Assembly: GCA_038243585.1 (NCBI GenBank)
Contig: JBBSQY010000007.1
Location: 33,445-97,444 of the forward strand
Reading direction: 5' to 3'
Length of the DNA stretch: 64,000 bases
DNA from: Candidatus Sumerlaeales bacterium
Lineage (GTDB): Bacteria > Sumerlaeota > Sumerlaeia > Sumerlaeales > Sumerlaeaceae
The notes beneath the pieces were generated by a model, which saw only the letters and a list, made by a program, of their open reading frames with translations, did no database searches and was not told the origin of the DNA. Made by a program: the position numbers and the translations under genes. Shown here one piece after another: positions 1 through 8,702 of this stretch; within the stretch, counting starts at the first letter, position 1; every line of letters starts with the position of its first letter.

Positions 1-238
1 TATTTCCTTCAATGGTTGAGGAAACAACGCCGTCCTTATTACGGACAACAAAATCTTTTGGGAGCTTCATGCCCACCGGGTTTTCCCAACCGGCCAGAGA
101 TTCGTAGAAACCTAAACCATTCAGGTACGCAATTGAAGTCTCTGCTTCAATTTTCGCCAAGACTACTTCGCGCCCCTGGGTCTGGTTGGCGGCTTTCTTT
201 TTACGAGGCTCCGTTACTTTTCTTGATGTTTCGTTCAT
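1..238 (-). CDS. Hypothetical protein of the integrated element (partial, runs off the left edge)
   Basis: ATG at 238 preceded by AAGGAG. Frame stays open to base 1 (MNETSRKVTEPRKKKAANQTQGREVVLAKIEAETSIAYLNGLGFYESLAGWENP...). Divergent from the xis-int cluster. Absent from the ORF track because it has no stop in the window. Confidence 0.6.
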   Translation of the reverse strand, partial: MNETSRKVTEPRKKKAANQTQGREVVLAKIEAETSIAYLNGLGFYESLAGWENPVGMKLPKDFVVRNKDGVVSSTIEGN

Positions 239-241
239 TTA

Positions 242-297
242 AATGAGCTCCTTTGAGTTATATGAGAGCTCATTGTACCCCACCTGATTTTTGGGGT
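242..297. promoter_or_regulatory. Inverted repeats in the element's divergent control region
   Basis: AATGAGCTC-N15-GAGCTCATT (242-274) overlaps the RBS of the leftward ORF; ACCCCA-N9-TGGGGT at 277-297. Confidence 0.35.
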
Positions 298-542
298 CAC
301 AACTTGGTCTCGGCATAACTTAGGGTAGTCATTTTCAAATTTCAAAAGACCGTACCCCTTGGTTGCCATCCGTTAGAATCCCGTCACGTGCATCAATGCC
401 TAAACGGCCCTTCCCTTGTCCCAAGCTCTGCTCGGCACCGTGCTCGTTTAGAAATCGTAAGGTGCTACCCTAGCATGTTCCAATAAGCAGATACTGCCGG
501 CTAGACAGGCGTTGATGCGGAAGTAGCCGAGGGTGGCGACAG

Positions 543-1007
543 ATGGAGTCAGACAAAGTTCGGGAAGGAACCGGGGAATTTGAAGATGCCTTTATGCCTC
601 TTCACTATCCCCAAGTACGTGCTGCAACCGGTCTCAGTGCAAAAAAACTATTGCAACTGATCAAGACTGGAAGCTCTCCGTTTCCTCCTGATGTCCTGCT
701 CTGCTACCCCGATGGCACTCTCCGTTTTAACCCCGCGCGCTGGCTAAGACACCTGGAGGCCTTACCATGGGCAGGCATGCAAGCGGACCAAAAATCGTTA
801 GTAGAGGAAAAGAGCCAGTCCTGTACGCCGTCTTTGCAGACGGCAGCGGGAAGAAAGCCTTCGTCAGGATCAAGGATGAAAACGGAAGGCCCATCAGTCC
901 AGGAGCGCCGCAGCACGAAATTGCAACAAACGCGTGGCGAATCTTCAACGACCGGCGCCGAGAGGTTACGGATATTACTGAAGATAACAAAACCATCGGA
1001 GAACTAA
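543..1007 (+). CDS. AlpA/excisionase-like winged-helix DNA-binding protein (putative recombination directionality factor)
   Basis: QVRAATGLSAKKLLQLIKTGSSPFPP...LRF resembles the AlpA/Xis pattern; lies directly upstream of and overlaps the integrase. Confidence 0.55.
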   Translation: MESDKVREGTGEFEDAFMPLHYPQVRAATGLSAKKLLQLIKTGSSPFPPDVLLCYPDGTLRFNPARWLRHLEALPWAGMQADQKSLVEEKSQSCTPSLQTAAGRKPSSGSRMKTEGPSVQERRSTKLQQTRGESSTTGAERLRILLKITKPSEN

Positions 1008-1954
1008 CCCTCCGCTACGTAGAGAGGCGCAGCAAAGGCTGGTCTGATGGTACTATGAAACGATACGTTTCATACCTGGAACAAGTTGACTTGCACCTGG
1101 ATCCTGCTCTCAGAATTGACGAATTTACAGTGGAAGAAGCGGAGGACTTATTAGTCAACGTTGCAGGTTCAACTGGCTGGGCGTCTGGCACCGCTGAGAG
1201 GTTCTATTGGTTCTGCAGAGGTGTTTTTAATTACGCCCGGGATCTCGGTTGGATACTTGGGAACCCGTTTGCTCTTATACCACCACCCCAAGTTGTGCCA
1301 CTACGAACGGCAGCCCCGTTCTCCGAAGATGAGGTAAAGAAACTTCTCGCCGTGGCCTATACGCAGTTCCGGTGGTTTTATCCTGCAATCGCAGTCGCTG
1401 TGGCGGCGGGTGCACGGCGGTCAGAGATCTGCGCTCTTCGTGTTGGAAATTATGATCCGATACCGGGGATTTTACACTTCCCCGGCGAAATTACAAAAAC
1501 CCGTGAGGCAAACGACGTGGGTCTTCCGCAGTTCGTCAAGGCTGCACTGGATGATTGCGTGAAAGGGCGGTCTCCGCAAGAACAGCTATTCGTTAAGCCG
1601 TCTGGAAAGCCGCTTCGCTCCAAGGATTTTGACCTGACGTGTAAGGAAGGCCGCGATTCACCACGGGTCTGGCGTAAACTCCTGATAGCGGCTGGTCTGG
1701 AGTTGCGCGGTGTCCATAAACTCCGCACAGCCTTTGTCACAAATCTCGTCAACCATGGCAGGTTTACGATCGAAGAGGTAACTGCAGTTACCGGCCAGTC
1801 GGTCGAAGTGGCGAAACAGCACTATCTAAAACAACGGATCAACCGGCAGGCACCTATTGTCGAACATCTGGAGAAAGTCTATGGGCAGCAGACGGGGCGA
1901 ATCACTAAACGAGCCAGCCAATGTTTCATAGGGCACGCCTTCGAAGAGCTGTAG
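767..1954 (+). CDS. Tyrosine recombinase/integrase 1
   Basis: GARRSEICAL (catalytic R), ITKT (K), HKLR (HxxR), VTGQS...HY (Y nucleophile); N-terminal arm-binding-like and SAM-like core-binding regions. Confidence 0.9.
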   Translation: MGRHASGPKIVSRGKEPVLYAVFADGSGKKAFVRIKDENGRPISPGAPQHEIATNAWRIFNDRRREVTDITEDNKTIGELTLRYVERRSKGWSDGTMKRYVSYLEQVDLHLDPALRIDEFTVEEAEDLLVNVAGSTGWASGTAERFYWFCRGVFNYARDLGWILGNPFALIPPPQVVPLRTAAPFSEDEVKKLLAVAYTQFRWFYPAIAVAVAAGARRSEICALRVGNYDPIPGILHFPGEITKTREANDVGLPQFVKAALDDCVKGRSPQEQLFVKPSGKPLRSKDFDLTCKEGRDSPRVWRKLLIAAGLELRGVHKLRTAFVTNLVNHGRFTIEEVTAVTGQSVEVAKQHYLKQRINRQAPIVEHLEKVYGQQTGRITKRASQCFIGHAFEEL

Positions 1955-2075
1955 ACTTTGCTGCAGTCGTTGCTGGAACCGTATCATCATTAGTATTTCA
2001 TTTCTGAATTAACCCTGAATCACTGCTTGAGGCCACTGTCGGGTTTTGGTGAAATTGATCCGATCGAGGTGTTCC

Positions 2076-3472
<1,397 letters not shown>

Positions 3473-3530
3473 ATACGAACGGCACTACGATTACTGGATG
3501 ACGCACCTGCTATTCATCATCCTGGGCGAC

Positions 3531-3779
3531 CTAGGCTATAGCGGTATTGGCCAAAGAGATGTCAATAATGTCTCCGTCTGCCAAAAACGCATCAGCGGTA
3601 ATGGCCTGGCCTCCGCGGCACAATTGAAAGCTGCTAAGCTGGCCAAGAGACTCAGGGTGGGCGGCGCCCAGCCGCGAAAGCAAACTGGCGACTGTCGCGG
3701 ATTCGTCCAGGTTCAAAAGCTCAACCTGTTTGCCGGTAAAGCTCTGCACGATATCATGGTAAACGAGTCTAATCTGCAT
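3531..3779 (-). CDS. MoaD/ThiS-family beta-grasp protein lacking the C-terminal Gly-Gly
   Basis: MQIRLVY...TGK..ELL.L...ATVASLLSRL...HP...LADGDIIDI fits the MoaD pattern; ends ANTAIA. Confidence 0.65.
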   Translation of the reverse strand: MQIRLVYHDIVQSFTGKQVELLNLDESATVASLLSRLGAAHPESLGQLSSFQLCRGGQAITADAFLADGDIIDISLANTAIA

Positions 3780-3835
3780 GGTATCCTCCTGCGCATCTAA
3801 AGGTATTAGGTCACTGCGTCGGTGCTGATTAACGT

Positions 3836-4696
3836 TTAGGCGATAGCCGCCGACTTCAGTTCCTGCTCGTCCGCTGATAGATCACTGTCAGTGTCGTCGT
3901 TGCCGATCTTATAGCGGTTACGAAACACATCAATGCCGGAGCGGAGTTCGTTCATGTCAATAAAAGCGCCTTTGCAAGGACCCATGGGGCGCTTGTTCGT
4001 TACTCCAAGAACAGGGAAATACTTGCCCACGTCCCGGATGCCGGAGATCAAATCCCGCTCACACGCAATGCCGATAATGGCCGCTGGTTTGGTCTGCACA
4101 ACCTTCTGGCGTGCCTGAGCGCCTGTGGGTGCCATGTAGAAATCGCAATCATATTCCGCGCTCAGCGACCGAATCTGATCCGCAGTATCGCGATCAATGC
4201 AGCGGGGCGACAATACCAGCAGGCGACCTTTGCTGGGCATACCCATGCGCAGGCGGGTCAGCTCATTATGTATCTCCAGCAGCGAGTAGCCGAGGCGGTC
4301 TTTGGAAATGCCGCAGTGTTTTGAGATCGAAGAGAAAAAATCAAACAATTTAATAGACTGCATACACGCCGCGTCAGCGAGGCGGTTTGGCTTATGGGTT
4401 ATCAAGACTAAGGTTATAGAACCCAGCCATACAGCAAAGGCTGCGGCAAAAACGCCCAGCAGCACGATGCTCCCGGTGGCCACAGCGGGATGAATAGACT
4501 GAAGCCGTAGATAGAATCCCCACACGAGAAAGGAGGCCAGCGAAAAGAATAAGATAAAAGTAAACGCCACAATCCCCAGGAACAACCGTTTGGGTTCCTC
4601 AATAAAGCCTTCGTGCGCTTCGACGTTTCCGTCCCAGCCATACCACTCGTGACCAAGTTTGCGGTCTGTAATGTGCGTTTCCATATTCGCGGCCAT
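3836..4696 (-). CDS. DUF116-domain membrane protein
   Basis: Two N-terminal TM helices; LSPRC, AIIGIACERDLISGI and NKRPMGPC motifs typical of DUF116. Confidence 0.8.
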   Translation of the reverse strand: MAANMETHITDRKLGHEWYGWDGNVEAHEGFIEEPKRLFLGIVAFTFILFFSLASFLVWGFYLRLQSIHPAVATGSIVLLGVFAAAFAVWLGSITLVLITHKPNRLADAACMQSIKLFDFFSSISKHCGISKDRLGYSLLEIHNELTRLRMGMPSKGRLLVLSPRCIDRDTADQIRSLSAEYDCDFYMAPTGAQARQKVVQTKPAAIIGIACERDLISGIRDVGKYFPVLGVTNKRPMGPCKGAFIDMNELRSGIDVFRNRYKIGNDDTDSDLSADEQELKSAAIA

Positions 4697-4853
4697 GTTA
4701 AACCCCTTTTTTCCGGTAGTGGAGAAAGTCAAATAAGGTTACGGAAGCCTATCCTCGTTATTCGGCAGGCTGAAACGTGGTGTGCCGTCAATGCCGCGAA
4801 GCGGTGGGTATAGGAACGCGGCGAAGTCGGTCGTGTTTTGATATATACGAGTT

Positions 4854-4879
4854 ACACAGGTGGGACGCCTATGCTACTT
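4854..4879 (-). repeat. GTAG-type REP element (single copy)
   Basis: ACACAGGTGGGACGCCTATGCTACTT, near-identical to the copies at 46697-46887. Confidence 0.8.
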
Positions 4880-4893
4880 GAATCTGCGGCATT

Positions 4894-4927
4894 AAAAAAC
4901 CTCGCGACAGGTAATCCGCCGCGAGGT
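4894..4927 (-). terminator. Rho-independent terminator of the 4963-5661 gene
   Basis: ACCTCGCG...CGCGAGGT stem followed by a T-run on the minus strand. Confidence 0.6.
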
Positions 4928-4962
4928 ATGTTGGCTATATATATTGGTAAAGTGCTTTGCGT

Positions 4963-5661
4963 TTATTGATCGGCAAAAGGGTTTGCGGCTGTGCTGTCCG
5001 TCGTGACGGTATCGTCAGTGGCCGGCTTGGTTTCACGGTCAAAACGCTTGTTGTCTTTGCCGGTTTTTTTCCCTTTTTCGCCCTTCTTTCCCTTTTCGCC
5101 TTTTTTACCTGGCTTGCGTCCTTTGTCGGGTCTGTCTGCTTTTGAGCGCGTTGACTTGTTGTCGTTGCTGCTCATGCGGTCGCGACCGGCGGTTTTCATT
5201 AAATCAGCGGTTTTTGTGTTAACTTCCGTCAACTGTTCCGGCGTTAAATTGGCTTGCAGAAACGCGTCTGCTTCCTGCTGTGCCGTTTCCATCTTTTGAC
5301 GCAGAGGTTGCATTATTGCCTGGCGGGCTTCGCGATCCGTTGCCTGTCGCGCCTGCTTCATCGCTGTGCGCATTTCTTCACGCACCGTATCAGCTTCGGT
5401 TTTATGCTGCTCCAGAAAATCGTTCAGCGCCTGCTTCTGTTCCGTCGAAAGCGTCGGCAGGTTTTTGGCGACCTGGATTTTGGCGAAAGGACCAGCCTGA
5501 TGGTGTCCCATTTCCCGATTCGGGCCTTCGGGAGGAGTATGCGGGGCATTCATAGGGGCGGAGCCCATAACGGCAGGGCCGGTCGTAGGCGGCTGTGCCA
5601 TTGCCACGCCTGCGGCCATGCTCATTACTGCAAAAAAAGCGGTGAGGTTCAATCTGTTCAT
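4963..5661 (-). CDS. Secreted helical protein, Spy/CpxP/ZraP-like
   Basis: Signal peptide (AMA|Q), LSTEQKQ and LTPEQ motifs, Lys/Gly-rich tail. Confidence 0.65.
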   Translation of the reverse strand: MNRLNLTAFFAVMSMAAGVAMAQPPTTGPAVMGSAPMNAPHTPPEGPNREMGHHQAGPFAKIQVAKNLPTLSTEQKQALNDFLEQHKTEADTVREEMRTAMKQARQATDREARQAIMQPLRQKMETAQQEADAFLQANLTPEQLTEVNTKTADLMKTAGRDRMSSNDNKSTRSKADRPDKGRKPGKKGEKGKKGEKGKKTGKDNKRFDRETKPATDDTVTTDSTAANPFADQ

Positions 5662-5709
5662 GAAGGGTCATTCCTTAGTATTAAGATGGTCAACGATTAA
5701 GAATGATGC

Positions 5710-5724
5710 GCAATGGTTGTGCCA
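5710..5724 (-). promoter_or_regulatory. Sigma-54 (-24/-12) promoter
   Basis: Minus strand reads TGGCAC-AACCA-TTGC with exact consensus spacing, about 50 nt upstream of the ATG at 5661. Confidence 0.6.
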
Positions 5725-5953
5725 CATCATCTCTGAAGTTAGAATATTGATAATACTGCGGTTGATAAATGATGGGGCCGAAAAACTGTTCGATCCCGTT
5801 CTGCTGTACGTGTTCGTCTGACCAAATAGAACAATCGACACCACACAACGTCTGTCCCGATTTAATAAGCATTTCCGCCCGAACAGTGTACCCTTTTTAC
5901 TTGTTGTATCCGGGGGGGAACGATTTTAAAATGGAAAAAAGGTATGTAATCAG

Positions 5954-7327
5954 ATGACTCGATTTGTCCCTCTAATACTCGTCGCCCTGCTAAGCACCTT
6001 CGCCGCCAACGCTTTCGCGGCCACTAACGTGCAGGCTAATATTGAAGCACAGGGGCTACTTCTTACCCTCGCCGGCATTTTCTTCGGCGGAATGCTCGTC
6101 AGCATGACCCCATGTGTTTATCCGATGATCCCCATTACGTTAAGTATCATCGGCGCGCGCAGCGCGGAATCGAAACCGATTGTTGGATTCCTGCGATCTC
6201 TCGTGTTCGTTCTGGGCATCGCCACCATCTATACGGTGTTGGGCTTGATTGTCGCACTTAGCGGCGGAACCATAGGTTTTCTGCTTCAGAGCAAAGCGTT
6301 TCTGATCGTTCTTTCGGTTTTGTTTATTGTCATGGGATTGAGCATGCTGGGCCTGTTTAATCTGCAATTGCCCCCCGCCTTCACGTCAAAGCTGCAAGGC
6401 AGCGGAAATCGCGGCGGGTTCCTTGGCGCGTTTCTGCTAGGCATTACTACCGGTGTGGTCGCGTCCCCCTGTGGCAGTCCGGTGCTGGTGGGCATTCTTG
6501 CCTTGGCCGGAGCGGGCGGCCAGCCATCCCTGGGTGCCATAATGCTGTTTACCTATGCGCTGGGCATCGGAATGTTGTTCCTGGTACTAGGCACGTTCCC
6601 AGCATTTTTAAGTAAAGTTCCAAAATCCGGCGTATGGATGGAAGACGTCAAAAAGATGTTGGGTCTGGTGTTGATCATCGCGTCATTTTACTATCTGGGC
6701 CTGGCGTTGCCAAAGATGCTTGTGTGGGGAATGTTGATCGCCACCTGCCTGATGTTCGCGGTGATTATCGCCATTAAAAGCCGCGAGCGGCACCCTTGGC
6801 CGAAGCTGTTGTGGGCGTGGCGCGCAGCAGGTTTGATCCTGGTAGGATTGGCTTTCTACGCGGCCTTTGCGGCTGTGCCGGCATTGTTGGCACAGGAAGC
6901 AAAGGTAAACGAACAGAATTCCGGTATCCCCGGTTTGATGGACGGACGTACGTCAGGCACGCTGGAAGCGCCGCCCGCGGCATGGCTGACTGACGAGCCT
7001 GCAGCTCTCGCCATGGGTAAGGAGTATGGCTGGCCGGTAATAGTGGATTTCGGGGCAGAGTGGTGCGCCGCCTGTCAGGAGCTGGAACACAAAACTTTTG
7101 CGGATCCCGCCGTTGAAAAAGTTCTGGCCGGCTACGTGAAAGTACGCATCGACTGCACAGAAGAGACGCCGGAAAACGCCGCACTTCAGAAGAAGTACAA
7201 CAGTCCGTCGTTGCCAACCGTATCGTTTATAAACGCGCAGGGGACCTATCTGCCGGATTTATCTCTTTATGAATTCGAGACGCCAGAGGAATTCCTGGTG
7301 CGGTTGTCGCAGGTAACCGGCGAATGA
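5954..7327 (+). CDS. dsbD: DsbD/CcdA-type thiol:disulfide interchange protein with C-terminal thioredoxin domain
   Basis: TPCVYPMIP and ASPCGSP transmembrane cysteines; DFGAEWCAAC thioredoxin motif. Confidence 0.85.
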   Translation: MTRFVPLILVALLSTFAANAFAATNVQANIEAQGLLLTLAGIFFGGMLVSMTPCVYPMIPITLSIIGARSAESKPIVGFLRSLVFVLGIATIYTVLGLIVALSGGTIGFLLQSKAFLIVLSVLFIVMGLSMLGLFNLQLPPAFTSKLQGSGNRGGFLGAFLLGITTGVVASPCGSPVLVGILALAGAGGQPSLGAIMLFTYALGIGMLFLVLGTFPAFLSKVPKSGVWMEDVKKMLGLVLIIASFYYLGLALPKMLVWGMLIATCLMFAVIIAIKSRERHPWPKLLWAWRAAGLILVGLAFYAAFAAVPALLAQEAKVNEQNSGIPGLMDGRTSGTLEAPPAAWLTDEPAALAMGKEYGWPVIVDFGAEWCAACQELEHKTFADPAVEKVLAGYVKVRIDCTEETPENAALQKKYNSPSLPTVSFINAQGTYLPDLSLYEFETPEEFLVRLSQVTGE

Positions 7328-7348
7328 GCCCAGCCGTGGAAGGCCGTC

Positions 7349-7564
7349 GTGCCGCCTCTCGGTAAGATGCTTATCATCGGCGGCGTCATGATGATTCTGG
7401 CGGGGCTTTTCGTATGGGGCGGACCGCGCCTGCCGTGGATTGGCAGGTTGCCCGGCGACATCCGAATAGAAGGCAAAAGCGGGTCCTTTTACTTTCCCGT
7501 CGTTACGTGCATCATCATTAGCGTGGTATTGAGCATCATTTTAAACCTGTTCCGGGGACGCTGA
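7349..7564 (+). CDS. DUF2905 small membrane protein
   Basis: GRLPGDIRIE...FYFPVVTCIIIS signature. Confidence 0.85.
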   Translation: MPPLGKMLIIGGVMMILAGLFVWGGPRLPWIGRLPGDIRIEGKSGSFYFPVVTCIIISVVLSIILNLFRGR

Positions 7565-7570
7565 CTTTTC

Positions 7571-8368
7571 ATGACCACTGTTATTGATAACTCTGTCACC
7601 GGCGTGGCGGGTATGCAAAATGACGATCCGGCTAATGCGCCTGGCGTTCTTATTGAACATCTCACGAAAACCTATGAGGATCTGACGGCTGTGGACGACC
7701 TGAACCTGGTCGTGCCACGGGGGGAATTTCTCTGCTGCCTGGGACCCAACGGTGCCGGAAAAACAACGACCATCAAGATGCTGACCGGGCTCATTCGCCC
7801 CACCAGCGGGCGGGTGATGGTGGCGGGCTACGATGTCCTCAAGCAACCGGTAGAGGCAAAGCGCCGCATTGGTTATGTTCCGGATCAGCCGTACCTTTAT
7901 GAAAAACTGAGCGGCCGGGAATTCTTTCATTTTGTGGGAGATCTGTTTTCTGTCCCGCGTGATTTGCAGGAAGAAAAACTGAACTACTTCATGGACTTGT
8001 TTGAAATTAAAGGCGTGGCGGACAAGCTTATCGAAGGCTACAGCCACGGCATGAGGCAAAAGCTGGTGATCAGCGCCAGCCTGATGCACGATCCAGAAGT
8101 GGTGGTGGTGGATGAGCCGATGGTCGGCCTCGATCCGAAAAGCGCCCGAACGGTGAAGCGGCTTTTTCGCCAACAGGCGGAAATGGGACGCACCATATTT
8201 CTATGCACCCACGTGCTGAGCGTGGCGGAGGAACTGGCGGACCGCATTGCCATCTTCAACCACGGCAAAGTGATTTTCCTCGGAACCATGGGCGACCTGC
8301 GCGAGCGGCTCGGAAGCGACGATAGCCTGGAACAACTCTTCCTGGAACTGACAAAAGACGCGGACTAA
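7571..8368 (+). CDS. ABC transporter ATP-binding protein (ABC-2/CcmA-like)
   Basis: GPNGAGKT Walker A, YSHGMRQK signature, VVDEP Walker B, H-loop. Confidence 0.92.
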   Translation: MTTVIDNSVTGVAGMQNDDPANAPGVLIEHLTKTYEDLTAVDDLNLVVPRGEFLCCLGPNGAGKTTTIKMLTGLIRPTSGRVMVAGYDVLKQPVEAKRRIGYVPDQPYLYEKLSGREFFHFVGDLFSVPRDLQEEKLNYFMDLFEIKGVADKLIEGYSHGMRQKLVISASLMHDPEVVVVDEPMVGLDPKSARTVKRLFRQQAEMGRTIFLCTHVLSVAEELADRIAIFNHGKVIFLGTMGDLRERLGSDDSLEQLFLELTKDAD

Positions 8369-8432
8369 GTGGTCGCGCCGGCGGTCTGATTTTTGTCATT
8401 CGCGATCCGCGGGCGTGTCGCACTTATAAATG

Positions 8433-8684
8433 TTACCGCTGCGGTCGGATGAGCAGGATGTATCCGATGAACACTCCCGCAAAAATTCCGCCGATGACCG
8501 TGGCCGCGAACTTCTGAAACACCTGCCACCACCACCCTGACTCCATATCTGTTGAGGCGGGTTCCTGCAATATCGCTACCAGCCACACGCCCAGGTAATA
8601 ACCAAATACTGCCATTGAGCATATGACCAGCAGGTGCACAACCCACCACATGATCAGCTCCGGAGGAGCGGTATCAGATTTCAC
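8433..8684 (-). CDS. Small two-TM hypothetical membrane protein
   Basis: Two hydrophobic helices; fills the gap just downstream of the 8703 gene. Confidence 0.45.
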   Translation of the reverse strand: MKSDTAPPELIMWWVVHLLVICSMAVFGYYLGVWLVAILQEPASTDMESGWWWQVFQKFAATVIGGIFAGVFIGYILLIRPQR

Positions 8685-8702
8685 TGCGGTTGACTGGCAG
8701 TC

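Noticed and set aside
16..246. 76-aa plus-strand ORF
   Set aside because: Shadow of the minus-strand ORF at 1-238, which has a strong RBS.
1952..1993. Stop-codon read-through in integrase 1 (TAG followed by TLLQSLLEPYHH)
   Set aside because: Adds only about 13 residues beyond the catalytic domain, and no recoding signal is evident.
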